A DNA stretch of 63,765 nucleotides, filler included, from Octopus bimaculoides (GCF_001194135.2; 5 parts of 5 records of this genome joined end to end with filler, not necessarily neighbours in it), one strand, 5' to 3'. Numbered from the whole stretch's first letter, positions 25,263-38,797 are shown. Made by a program: numbers and translations. Notes: a model not told the origin generated them from the letters alone.

Positions 25263-25798
25263 TATGATTGATTTTATTTTGTATTCCTTCCTATAGAATT
25301 ATTTCAGCATTTTAAATAACAATTGTTCTTTTTTTTTTCTGTTTTGCTCTCAATATTTTTTTTATGCACTTTTTAATTCTCAGTCAAGAATTTCGCTGCC
25401 CAACTGATGGTGAAGTACCTGAAGCTCTTATCTATTTCTGAAAGCACTCTAGTGGCTTGATGAAATGGTGGAGAATACAATGCTGTCAAAGGCATTTTAT
25501 CATGTTAAATATTTAGAATTTACTGCACACTTCCTACCTGACTAGCTCCAAAGATAGGGGTCGGAGTGTGTAATAAGTCAAACAGACGCCGTTGTTTACA
25601 TGTATGTATGGCCTCATACTTCTATGTGAATAGACAGGACAACTCTGGAGAATACTACAAAGTTAGTGTTGATAGAATCACCAGTGAAGTTTCTAAGTTG
25701 ATTTTATCAGGAACTAGCGTTCTTAAGTGACAACTTGACTGGATTTTGCTTTTTTGGAGATTATTGGATCATTTGTGCATTATCTATCTATCTATATA

Positions 25799-25835
<37 letters not shown>

Positions 25836-26317
25836 ATTATTATTATTATTACTATTACTATTATTAAATATAATTATAATGCAGTTATGCAGAATTTACT
25901 GAAACTAGCACAGAATTAACGTCCAGAAATCTGGATTCCTGACATATTATTAATCTACTTTTCAAAAATATTTTTAGCTCAAATAATGCATGATAATTAC
26001 TCTTATTTTCCTTTTTTTTAAATATAAATTTTTATAGCTTTATTCTGTTAATATTATTTATCAATTGAATAATAACAGTTATACTTTTCCTTAGTTCATT
26101 TTTACTGTCCAAATTATTCTTAAGGTATCATCTTTTTTTTTAATATATATATATACTCTTTTTGGCCTTTCATTTGACCCCTGCTTCAGATTTTTTTTCC
26201 TTTTAGGAAATATAGACACTTTGGCCATTTTTGATCATTCCATGATTTTTCGTTTTTTGAAAAATCTTAGAGAGATTTTTGTTTTACCATTTTATTTTTC
26301 ACTGAAGCAATGTTTCA

Positions 26318-26349
<32 letters not shown>

Positions 26350-26678
26350 CTTATATATATATATATATATAATATATATATATACATCTAGTATATATAT
26401 AATATATATAATATATATATAATATATATATAATATATATAATATATATATAATATATATATATAATATATATATAATATATATAATATATATATAATAT
26501 ATATATAATATATATATATATATAATATATATATAATATATATATACATCTAATATATATATAATATATATATAATATNNNNNNNNNNNNNNNNNNNNNN
26601 NNNNNNNNNNNNNNNNNNNNNNTTAATTAATTAANNNNNNNNNNNNNNNNNNNNNNNNNNNNNNNNNNNNNNNNNNNN

Positions 26679-26726
<48 letters not shown>

Positions 26727-26728
26727 TA

Positions 26729-27245
26729 GCCAGGCATTGGCTCTCATGGCTTTTGATTTTAATTGATTGGAAGTGTTATCATGTACATTGTTTTGTCTTG
26801 GTATAAAAGATGGACTGCAGCAAATATTCTGCTTAATATCACAGATTTGCTCGTCAGTTGCTTGACCTTAACCAGTTGAGCATGTCCCTTGGTGGTTGAC
26901 GATATGTGCATCTCTGATCATGAGCAGAAGTAGTGGGGGAGCATCATAGCCATGTGTTGAGAGGAATTCTTTGGGGTTTGAATAATTCACCTTTGGAAAC
27001 ATTTGTGTTTCGTTCAACATCCTGAAACGACTCTTATTCAAGGACCGTTTGAGCGGGGTGGAAGAAAGTTCTAACTGAGCTCCACCTGCAAGGTCATCTT
27101 GATATGAGATCACCATGTCGCTCACGTATGGTTGCGATGCATGTGCCAAGTGTACCCTTATCAGACGGGTAGTCATGATGGGTATACTGGCCTTCGTGTA
27201 TTTTACCCCAGTGTCACTTTGATGGCACGCACTGTTCTCTCACTC
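26729..27245 (-). mobile_element. Longest copy of element X (~520 bp), flanked on both sides by (AAT)n
   Basis: Tracts at 26679-26727 and 27246-27354; homologous to 7747-8064 and 9804-9887. Confidence 0.8.
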
Positions 27246-27279
27246 AATAATGATAATGATAATGATAATGATAATGATG

Positions 27280-27355
<76 letters not shown>

Positions 27356-27852
27356 TCATCCTTTCTACTAAAGGTACAAGGCCTTAAATTTAGGGGAGGC
27401 GTAAATCGATTACATCGACCCCGGTACTCAACTGGAACTCATTTTACCTCTACGTCAGAATATGCTTATGTCTTCTGCGTTGTGAATGTTTCCTTCCTTC
27501 AAGCAGCAAAAAAGTAAGGATACCCCAAATCTCAAAATGCTCAGAATACATTTAAAGTATTTAAGGATCTAATGAATCAGTGTCTCCCACTGCTCACGGA
27601 CCCGGATTTTCCAGGGACACCGAGAGCGCACCGGACGCCGCCCGAGACGCGGCGCTCTGCATTTACTTTTAGTGCAGATCAACAGACTATTTCGAGTTTC
27701 CCAGTGAGAGAACATCGAATTGATACTCCTGTAAATGTCCTAAAAGAAAGAAAAGATCATGAAACAAGGGGTATTGTAGTCTTACAACTAAACTCATTTT
27801 AGATCCTAAATTACTCCCGCTAAAACACCAATCATAAGTAAACAGTAATAAT

Positions 27853-28077
27853 TTCTCTCTGTACATCACTTCCTGCGCCACACACCTAGCTGCCAGAACC
27901 ATTTGCTTCTCTCTGTACATCACTTCCTGCGCCACACACCTAGCTGCCAGAACCATTTGCNNNNNNNNNNCTCTCTGTACATCACTTCCTGCGCCACACA
28001 CCTAGCTGCCAGAACCATTTGCTTCTCTCTGTACATCACTTCCTGCGCCACACACCTAGCTGCCAGAACCATTTGCT
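27853..28077. repeat. 54-bp tandem repeat, 4 near-identical copies
   Basis: Unit CTCTCTGTACATCACTTCCTGCGCCACACACCTAGCTGCCAGAACCATTTGCTT; interrupted by a 10-N gap, so copy number is uncertain. Confidence 0.9.
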
Positions 28078-30627
28078 AAACATATTCCTGCTCTCTCCTG
28101 ACCATCTCTTTATCACGATCATAATACACTCGCTCACAAAAAAAAAAAAAAAGATCTGCAAGCGTCAATACGATTCCAATTTCTGAATATTTAACAACGC
28201 CATTATCACGAAGAAAAGTAATAAATGCAATAGAAAATGATGGTAGAAATTTCCAGTAAATGTCTCCCACAAAACATACAAATATACACAAAGTAGATTG
28301 TTGTTGTACTTAATGTGTAGTAATAAATGAACAAGCTAGAAATATACATATGCGGAACACGCTGGCTCTAGACGCAAAACTCAGTATCAAGAAATTAGAA
28401 AAGGAATTAAGGAAATAAATCAAATGAGATATAATATATAAGCAATATACAATATACAAGCAAAAAAAAAAAAAAACCCACAGAACACGTCGGTGTAGGA
28501 CACAATAAATATTCATATTTTCAGTTCAATTCTACTTATCGGACTCAACAACGATCCAACTAAAAAGCCTTACACGAAAAGAAAAGTGTATAAGAGCCCA
28601 TTACCAATGTTATAGGCAAAGTCTTTTCCAATAAGAAATCCCTGTGCTTACAATCCTTTCAGATGAATTCATAACTTGGAATACCTCGTAACAATATTAT
28701 GATATTGTTATATAAATCTACCTGTTTCACTGATGTCCAGCACCTTAAAAGAAAAGGAAAAAAGAATCATTAAAAACGCAGAGAGAGAAATAGGTGCAAT
28801 TTTTTGCCAAAATGTTAAAATTCATAAAAACGTTTGCTTCAAGGTTAAAACCAAAGATAAAGCGCTTTTTTAAAATATATATTTACAATTAATCATATCA
28901 ATTAATCACTTTTTAAAGTTAATAAAGTTAACATCGTGCATTGAAGTTAAAATAAGGTTTAAAATTACACTAAAGAGAAGATTAGTTTGGTTACATACTG
29001 AAGAGAATAGATAAATACATTGATAATTATTTTTATGTATTGATTAAGCCAAAATATGTTATATATTTCTGCTAGCATTTAGCAGAGCTGTTGTATTTAG
29101 AGCTATTTTTAGCACTCCCTATGGCCTGTCCTACCTTTCGATGTTGAAAATTATTTGATACCATGTACGTCTAGTCATTTGAATACAATCAAAATTCTAC
29201 CATGTCTGTATAGTTTTTCTTTAAGACAAATTTTCGACTTCAAGGTACTTTTATCAATATTAGTCATTGGTGATTTATACCAACCACTAATATTGATTAT
29301 TTGCATAATTTTTTTCTGATTCATGAAACAGGCCTCTTTAAGAATAGAATTGTAAGTATATTTACTTGCAGTTTTAATTCTTTGTACCTGTTATTTAGGA
29401 ATTTTAAATTTCCATCGAAACGAAGAACTCTTCCTTGCTATTCTCTTCTCTATATATAAATGTACAGTATACTAGCTGTTTCTCAATAATATTTCAATAA
29501 TATTTTTTATGTATCGTTTAAATCTGTTGTTAACTATTATGTAAATTTTTATGTGAGTTTAATTGAATTTAATCATTTTCTTTCGCTGTTGTGTTACTAG
29601 ATCTCTTTTTGAAGCTGATTGTGCAGTTTTTTGTTATTGCATTATTTAGCTGCTTTTTTCCAGTTTCAAGTAATTTCAATTTTCATGATTATGATTGTCT
29701 CATCCTTCACTCAGATACCAAAGCCAAAAACAAGTCAGAAGGCAAAAACCCTTGAATTTACAGAAAAATTTTCAAAATAATTTTTTTATTGTCTCACAAT
29801 AACCAGTCTCAATGCAGACTGTGCCTCGTTGATATCAAATGCACAAAAAGGCATATTGTTGAGTTGCTCAGAATGAGTAAAACGTAGTCTTTTTGAGGAG
29901 ATAGACTGCTAAAATTGAACAGCCACCTATCACGTCATCTTTGGTTTCAATGGTTTCAATGGTAAGCAAAACGTTTCTTGAGGCTGACATTCAGTAATTC
30001 GAGTTTGAGAAATCTCTTTGATTCTATCAATTAGTCACACCCACCTCAATCTACGTGTGGAAAATATGTTGATTTACTTAGTGCAAACACAGTTGAAACT
30101 TCCTAAATGATCAAAATGTATTTTTAATTGTTGATGAAAGTGAAATCGATGACAAAAATTGTTACTGTACTTGTTGGTTCAGTTAAAAATCTTAAAAGAA
30201 CGTTCTTAATATATAATGTTTTCCGCTCGAATCAGGTCTAGCTGCCGTAGTCATCGCTCGGATCACCAAGTATGGTGGTTCCAAGAAAAAAAAAATTCTC
30301 CTACTATTGTCTGGTGCTTCTTGGTATATGGTACTTGTTGGAGATATATTGCAAGTTCTTCCATCTAACCCGTTTCTCCCTCCTTCTGCACAACGGTGCT
30401 CAAAATATAAAGGCTTTCTATCTTGCGGTCGATTGTTTAGCATTCTGCCTTTTTTTTCATTTTCCTATTATTTCTCCACGTGCGGTTAACACAGCCCCAC
30501 TATTTACTGACTTATATATATATATATNNNNNNNNNNNNNNNNNNNNNNNNNNNNNNNNNNNNNNNNNNNNTTAATTAATTAANNNNNNNNNNNNNNNNN
30601 NNNNNNNNNNNNNNNNNNNNNNNNNNN

Positions 30628-30663
<36 letters not shown>

Positions 30664-31082
30664 TACGTGCGTACTGTTTTCCGGTTTGATAACAGTAATG
30701 GGATAATGTTTAGCACCCGATACAAATATGTAGAATAGTGTGTGGGTATATAATAGCATGCAAACTACAGAAAACTAATTTTATTAACGTGGGATCATGC
30801 CATGCACACCCAGCCACAGTTTCTGAGGCCCTCATCAATAATATCTGTAGAATTTTCATTCTATTCTCGAATAAGAAAATGTTTGATAAGGCAGCTATCT
30901 ACCACAAAAACGCCTCGATGGCGGATGGATTCCAGAACGAAATTACATGCTTATTTTGCTCTGAGTCCCACCAACTCAGAAAAGGCAATGTAATATCATA
31001 TGTTTTACAAATAACATTTTCCTTTATTTAGTGTTAAATCTAATATTGTCAAAAGCTTTGTAATATATAGGAGTACAAAAAA

Positions 31083-31715
31083 GCGGTGAGCTGGTAGAAT
31101 CGTTAGTACACCAGGCAAAATGCTTAGCGGTATTTCGTCTGTCTTTACATTCTGAGTTCAAATTCCGCCGAGGGCGGCTTTCCCTTTCATCCTGTTGGGG
31201 TCGATAAATTAAGTACCAGTTGCCTACTTGGATCGATGTAATCGACTGTCCCCCTCATATAGGACTAGAAACGGCAGCAAGCTGGTAGAATCATCAGCAC
31301 ACCAGGCGAAATGCTTAGCGGCATTTCGTCTGTCTTTACGTTCTGAGTTCAAATTCCGCCGAGGTCGACTTTGCCTTTCATCCTTTCGGGGTCGATAAAT
31401 TAAGTACCAGTTGCATACTGGGGTCGATGTAATCGACTGGCCCCCTCCCCAGAAAAATTTCGGGCTTTGTGCCTAGAGTAGAAAAGAATATATAGGAGTA
31501 AAAATGGCGGCGAGCTGGTAGAATCGTTAGCACGCTGGACTAAACATTTTGCGGCATTTCGTACGTCCTCACATTCTGAGTTCAAATTTCACCATTATCG
31601 ACTTTGCCTTTCATCCGATAAAAAGAGTACCAGTTGAGCACTGGGATAGAAGTAATCGACTTACTTCCTTCCCGTTTCTTGCTGGCCTTGTGCCAAACTT
31701 CGAAATCAGTATAAG
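31083..31715 (+). mobile_element. Three tandem family A SINEs
   Basis: Heads GGCGGCGAGCTGG(T/C)AGAATC at about 31083, 31270 and 31505, each with the GAGTTCAAATT B-box and core. Confidence 0.88.
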
Positions 31716-31724
31716 TGCAGACGT

Positions 31725-32120
31725 GGCTCTGTGGTAAGAAGCTGCCCTCACAACCATATGGCCTTGAGTTCGGTCCTTTTGCAAGTGCCTCTATAGCTTC
31801 GAGCCAATCAAAGCCTTGTGAGTGGATTTGGTAGACGGAAACTGAAAGAAACCCGCCGTATATAAGTATATCTATATGTACGTGTATGACTTGTGTTTGT
31901 GAGCGAGTGTGTGAGGGGAGAGAGTTTGTCCCTTACTACCATTTGATAACCAATGTTGGTTTGTTTACATCCTAGTAACTTAGCAGTTGGGCAAATGTAA
32001 AACGTTAGAATAAACAAAAGGCTTAAAATGAAGTTATGGTGTTGATTTGTTCTACTAAGTCTTTCAAGGCAGTACTCCAGCATGGCAGCAGTTCAAAGGC
32101 CGAAACAAGTAAAAGATAAG
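31725..32120 (+). mobile_element. Full-length family B SINE
   Basis: Head, internal simple-sequence zone, body and CCAGCATGGC..GAAACAAGTAAAAG tail. Confidence 0.8.
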
Positions 32121-33749
32121 ATAACTATAGCATATGAACACTTTTCTACCAACCAGAATTATAGAAAGATTTTTTTATCTAGTAGAATCTATAATTACAT
32201 ACCAGTTGCCATAGCGCAAGCAAGAAAATAGAGAATTGCATGTATTAAACAAAAAACTGAAACTACATACTCAGTTAGAAATACTCAATCATACTCACTA
32301 AATAATTTTTGCAGCGCAGAAGCCTCAACTTACAACAGAGGTCCCTTCTCTAAAGCCAGACTTCGGTGTGGCGCCAAAACGATAGACGCGACTGAAGAAA
32401 GATAAAAAAGAAATTAACTTTTCTGCTAAATATCTCGTTTTACACATATCGAAAAGAAAGATTCGACAAAATTAACCGCCTGTATCTGTCAGTTAAAAAG
32501 AAAAGCTCTTAATATTGATTAGATAATTATTTTAAGACGAGAACCTTACAAGATTGGAAGCTAAAGATGCGATCTTTGCATTTTAGAAAAAAGTCATCCT
32601 TAAAAAATGCATAAAATTAGCTTCTCTCTCCTCTCTCGCTTTCTCCTCCTCTCTTTCTCTCTCTTTCTCCTCCCCTCTCTCTCTCTCTCTCTCTCTCCTT
32701 AATGGCCGCTAGTTTTCGTAGAGTCAAATGTTTTGTGGCACATTCTCTATTCGTAGAGTCAGCTGTTTTGGGGACACATACTCATACCAACAGATTCTCG
32801 TGCCCCCCCCCCGCTCCCAAAATTGGTTGAAACAGTGAAATGTACTCGACATCAGCAAAGCAGGCTAATAGCTCTATCCATTTCTTGTCACCTTCATCAA
32901 GGGCTATATGTCAGAAAGTACCATCACGGTGTATGTGTGAGGAAACATTCTCTTACCAACCCTCTATGAACTCTGATGTACCTTAGGTTTCAGGTTTAAC
33001 CCACACACATACACTTTACATCAGCTGCATACTTTATGTTACCTTCAACAATTCCCGCTCCTCGTTCACTCGCATTTGGCCATCAAGTTTCTACTCCCAG
33101 CCATTACTAACCACTACGCTTAATCTTCCCTCTCAGATAATAAACCTCTCGTTCCTTCCTAACTTTCATGGACACATCAAGCCAAATCTGCATAACTGGG
33201 AGTTCGAAAACCTCCTCCAATGAGATCATCTCAGTCTTGTCTCCTTTAAGAACACAATCGCTACACTTATCAAGAAAAAATTATCGTTGGATAGGAAAGG
33301 CAATGGTTATGCCTTACCTAATTGTACAACAGTGCATCAGGTGGCTCTCCGTCACACACGTTTTTTAAGGCGGTCTCCAGCATGGCCGTATTCAAATGAC
33401 CGAAACAAGTGAAAGAATAAAGGAATACCCTAATCCCCTTTAAACATGAAGAGCACCCGACAATCAAGGTTACTACAAATGCTAAACCTAATATCATCAC
33501 TGAGAATTTTTTCTGGTGAACACAAATAATATTTCACGATGACTGACCTTCCTCTTCGGAATCAGAAAGTATTAGAATTTCTACCAACAGCGGTACCATT
33601 TTTTTTTCTTTTTTCTACCTTTTTTCTTCTTTTCTTGCACCACGGACTGGTTTCAAGACAGAGAATTTTTCCACGGACCGGAGATCACATGCATAATAAA
33701 ACACAATGAATTACATAATATATAATTTGCTTTCAAATTTTGACACAAC

Positions 33750-34138
33750 ACCACCAAGTTCGGGGGAGGAGTTAAATCGATTATATCAACTCCAGTGCTC
33801 AACTTGTACTCTGTTTATCGAGCCCGAAAAAATGAAAGGCAAAATCGAATTCGACGGAATTTGAACTCAGAACATGAANNNNNNNNNNCGGACTGGTTTC
33901 AAGACAGAGAATTTTTCCACGGACCGGAGATCACATGCATAATAAAACACAATGAATTACATAATATATAATTTGCTTTCAAATTTTGACACAACACCAC
34001 CAAGTTCGGGGGAGGAGTTAAATCGATTATATCAACTCCAGTGCTCAACTTGTACTCTGTTTATCGAGCCCGAAAAAATGAAAGGCAAAATCGAATTCGA
34101 CGGAATTTGAACTCAGAACATGAAAACGGACGAATGGC

Positions 34139-34140
<2 letters not shown>
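33750..34140 (-). mobile_element. Family A SINE, duplicated across a 10-N gap
   Basis: 33643-33878 is repeated identically at 33889-34124, consistent with an unmerged contig overlap. Confidence 0.8.
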
Positions 34141-34183
<43 letters not shown>

Positions 34184-34184
<1 letters not shown>

Positions 34185-34745
34185 TAGCAAACGACACCCC
34201 GTCCATTGGACGGTTTGTATAGGTGAAGAGAGTTAACTTTGACTGTGTTAAGTTGTAGAGATGTTTGGTTAGTGTATGAGGTTGTTACTTTTGGTTAAGG
34301 ATAAATATGTGAATGGAAATTACGTTTAGTTTGTAGCAGATATAGTACTGAATCTTTTGATACTCACTACATCAAAATCTGTAATCGTTTTTGAAATGCA
34401 TGAGGAATATATATATATAGCCCAGACTTCTTTCAAACTTTCAAAAGAAGAGAAAGCGAGAAGAACAGAGAAAGAAAGTGAAAGATGTATGTACGTCTAT
34501 ATGAAATGGATGTGTGTGTGTATGTGTGTGCGCGCGTGCGTGCTTGCGCGTGTGTATGTGAGAGAGAAAGGGGGTGAGAAAGAGAGATAGAGTGAGTGAA
34601 GGTACACACTCCTATAGAAAATGCGACGTAATAGTATAAAATTTTTACGATAGTTGATTGAAGATAAGCGAAAAGAACAGAGAAAGAAAGTGAAAAATGT
34701 ATATACATCTAGATGAAATGGACATGCGTGTGCGTGTGTGCGTGT
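34184..34745 (-). mobile_element. Helitron 3' portion
   Basis: On the minus strand, a CCGTCC-AAT-GGACGG hairpin (34199-34213) then CTAG|T (34184-34187); 34450-34600 is homologous to 21060-21180 of the other Helitron. Confidence 0.75.
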
Positions 34746-34749
34746 GTGC

Positions 34750-36549
34750 TGGTTGTCTTAGCAACTGATTGATTTTAATGGCGGAACAAACAGGACAAAA
34801 AGATTACAAAAATAGCGACTCTCACCTTGAAATTAACTATTTTGAAAATGTTTTTAGATTACGGAACGCCCAGCTCTGTCATGTATCCATGTTTAAAATT
34901 TCAGTGCGGTCGGGTGAACAATACTCCAGTTATAAGCTCACAAACATACAGACAGAACGGATTATATATATTAAGATATATGAATCGTCTGATAAACACT
35001 TCAAGTTTTTATATCGTGGATTAAGTTCTGTTGCAATCTGTAATATTTCAATACTTTTCATATCAGCTACACGTTTGCTGAAGTCATTAACAGATGCTGC
35101 CTTGAATCTGGCTATAGAACCTGGATCACCATCATTTACAGTCATGTGCTTTGTCAAAGACAATAACAGTAGCAATACGCAGCTACACGACACATATTTT
35201 TCACCGCCAAGCAGGACCGTAGCCTGACAGAATAAGTCTAAAACGTTGATGTATTTTGAAATCTTTTCTCAATCAGAATCGAACAGTTTTTGACTTTTAT
35301 ATTGCTTCTCTTCGTCTGACATGTAGTTGGTTATTGCTTCTCTGGCCTGCAGCAGATTCTGCAGCATCAGAAATGTACTGTGCCATCTTGTTGTAACATC
35401 ATGTTGTAGCTTACGCAATGGTGAATCACTACAATGCTACAATTCAGATGTGTGGATAGGGCTATGTTTAAAATGTCCTATGATTTTTCGATATTTAACA
35501 AACAATGTTTCTGTATTTGCGGCTTTAAACCCATGCAATATGCTCAACTGCAGTCTATGAGCGAAACACGGAATAAGAGCAAAACCAGTCTGATTAACAG
35601 CTGAAATCAAATTTCGTGCATTGTCTGTTACTAGAACCTGAATCTTCTTTGTTATATGCCAATCTTTTACAAATGGTTTATATAACTCAGCAACATTGTA
35701 AGAATAGTGACATTCAACAACATGTACCCATTCAAGAGTAACACTTATTAAATTCCATTCACCAGCAATCCAATGGCCAGTGATTCTGCAATAAATTTCA
35801 CTACCTAAGGATTCCAAAATTCAGATGTTAGCACAATTGCCTTTGAATTTTTCACTGCATCTAAAACACTTTCTCTTTTGCTGTTACAAATATCAGCCAA
35901 CATTTTATCAATAGTGCGCCAGCAAGGTAGTTTGTATTCGGTATTTTGAAGCGCTGTATGCAATACTTGCTGAAAACCATCATCTTTTACTATCGATATC
36001 GGTCTACCACTATTAGCTATCCAGTTTGGAAGTGCTATTTTAATGTCACGTTGTACGGTAGCACTCAGCGGATGATCAGACCAATGATAAAACTGACTCA
36101 AAGTAGTCTGCTAGGAAGTAGATGACACAGCCGCTATGGACTGACTAAATGAAGCTGACTTTGCAAACTGAGGTTTCGAATACTGTAGCTAGTGTTTGTT
36201 TTGAAGGTGGTAAGTAAGCGATGTGTTAGATCCGTGGTATGCGAATTTGTCGCAATGGATGCAATAAACGTTATCAGCAGTTTTGATATTACCGTCAGCC
36301 AACAATTTAAATCCAAAAATGTTCATGTAATCGATCTGATACAGGTTTATATTTCATAACTTGATTCTTCTCCGCCGCCATTTTACTGTTGTTACTATTG
36401 CTTCCCGACTTCCGGCACATTTGTTAATGATGGGTAGAAAATTAAATTTGAAACCAATTAATAAAAATACAATCGTTAAAACAAAAATTTAATCGTTGAA
36501 ATAAATTAACGATTAATCGATTAATTAATCTTTAAATTCCGCAGCCCTA
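34750..36549 (-). mobile_element. Decayed hAT (Ac/ZBED1-like) transposon: one TIR plus transposase pseudogene
   Basis: TIR TAGGGCTGC at 36549; ATG at 36381; BED finger CIHC..YHLQNKH; RPISIVKDDGF; VTDNARNL; CFAHRLQL; QHDVTTRWHSTF; ATELNPRYK. Stops and frameshifts throughout, and the 3' end is missing. Confidence 0.92.
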
Positions 36550-37084
36550 ATATATGTGTGTGTATTTGTCTATGTATGTATGCATGTANNNNNNNNNNNN
36601 NNNNNNNNNNNNNNNNNNNNNNNNNNNNNNNNNNNNNNNNNNNNNNNNNNNNNNNNNNNNNNNNNNNNNNNNNNNNNNNNNNNNNNNNNNNNNNNNNNNN
36701 NNNNNNNNNNNNNNNNNNNNNNNNNNNNNNNNNNNNNNNNNNNNNNNNNNNNNNNNNNNNNNNNNNNNNNNNNNNNNNNNNNNNNNNNNNNNNNNNNNNN
36801 NNNNNNNNNNNNNNNNNNNNNNNNNNNNNNNNNNNNNNNNNNNNNNNNNNNNNNNNNNNNNNNNNNNNNNNNNNNNNNNNNNNNNNNNNNNNNNNNNNNN
36901 NNNNNNNNNNNNNNNNNNNNNNNNNNNNNNNNNNNNNNNNNNNNNNNNNTATACATACACACACACGTGTGTGTATGTGTGCGTAAGCGTCTGCATAGTC
37001 GAACACAGACGACCATTCTTAATGTATACATGCACATACGCGAATATGCACAAGCATTCACTGAGATATGTGTCTATTCATTTT

Positions 37085-37128
<44 letters not shown>

Positions 37129-37229
37129 GATCTTGAGTGTAACAACCTAACCGCCAGGTCACGCGCTTTCCTACAGACAGGAAACAGGAAATGTGTTTTG
37201 CCCAACGAGGATTGATTTCAAAACCATGA

Positions 37230-37530
37230 CCTGGTCTTGATGCTGGTGACAGATATCTGCTTGACTGAAGATTTCATGACTAGTAAAGAAGTACTCCAGT
37301 GGATGTTGAGTAGTGTACGGAGCCAGCGCTGGTGGAATCGTAGTTCAAAGAGTCATAGGTAGCGACGCTAGGTAGACCAACGTTTCATAGATGTCCGACA
37401 GTGCGGGTAATACAGCAATACTCTGTATACGCCGTTATATGTGCCTTTCTTCAGATGCTTGCTGTTTCAGACTCTTTCGCACGGCCTCTTTTGATCACGT
37501 TTTGATGTTCTTTAGCTTACTTGTTGGGGC
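37230..37530 (-). mobile_element. RTE/BovB-like LINE RT C-terminal fragment
   Basis: KGT..VYR...YET...RFHQRWLRTLLNIHWS..TSHEIFSQADI matches the RTE-BovB RFHQRCLRxILxIxW motif. Confidence 0.75.
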
Positions 37531-37678
37531 TTTGTTCGGGTTCTATCTCTCTGCACCATAAAATATTGCTGGAATGATGCATTGGTTGTGAATTCGGCTT
37601 TTATGACTTACAAGCATTTTGCTTTTAAAAATACAACTTACTCTCTTCCGTCAGGCTTGCGAGCCCAAAGTAATTCAT

Positions 37679-37709
<31 letters not shown>

Positions 37710-38750
37710 CGCACACACACACACACACACACACATACACACACATACACATGCACACATGTACATAGTACTATACTGCACAAAGGTGTGTGTATGCATG
37801 TACATATACGTTATGTATATGTATGTATATATATATATATANNNNNNNNNNNNNNNNNNNNNNNNNNNNNNNNNNNNNNNNNNNNNNNNNNNNNNNNNNN
37901 NNNNNNNNNNNNNNNNNNNNNNNNNNNNNNNNNNNNNNNNNNNNNNNNNNNNNNNNNNNNNNNNNNNNNNNNNNNNNNNNNNNNNNNNNNNNNNNNNNNN
38001 NNNNNNNNNNNNNNNNNNNNNNNNNNNNNNNNNNNNNNNNNNNNNNNNNNNNNNNNNNNNNNNNNNNNNNNNNNNNNNNNNNNNNNNNNNNNNNNNNNNN
38101 NNNNNNNNNNNNNNNNNNNNNNNNNNNNNNNNNNNNNNNNNNNNNNNNNNNNNNNNNNNNNNNNNNNNNNNNNNNNNNNNNNNNNNNNNNNNNNNNNNNN
38201 NNNNNNNNNNNNNNNNNNNNNNNNNNNNNNNNNNNNNNNNNNNNNNNNNNNNNNNNNNNNNNNNNNNNNNNNNNNNNNNNNNNNNNNNNNNNNNNNNNNN
38301 NNNNNNNNNNNNNNNNNNNNNNNNNNNNNNNNNNNNNNNNNNNNNNNNNNNNNNNNNNNNNNNNNNNNNNNNNNNNNNNNNNNNNNNNNNNNNNNNNNNN
38401 NNNNNNNNNNNNNNNNNNNNNNNNNNNNNNNNNNNNNNNNNNNNNNNNNNNNNNNNNNNNNNNNNNNNNNNNNNNNNNNNNNNNNNNNNNNNNNNNNNNN
38501 NNNNNNNNNNNNNNNNNNNNNNNNNNNNNNNNNNNNNNNNNNNNNNNNNNNNNNNNNNNNNNNNNNNNNNNNNNNNNNNNNNNNNNNNNNNNNNNNNNNN
38601 NNNNNNNNNNNNNNNNNNNNNNNNNNNNNNNNNNNNNNNNNNNNNNNNNNNNNNNNNNNNNNNNNNNNNNNNNNNNNNNNNNNNNNNNNNNNNNNNNNNN
38701 NNNNNNNNNNNNNNNNNNNNNNNNNNNNNNNNNNNNNNNNNNNNNNNNNN

Positions 38751-38797
<47 letters not shown>

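Noticed and set aside
33643-34124. Tandem duplications across small gaps (also 10540-10650 and 18720-19005)
   Set aside because: Identical sequence on both sides of short N runs indicates unmerged contig overlaps.
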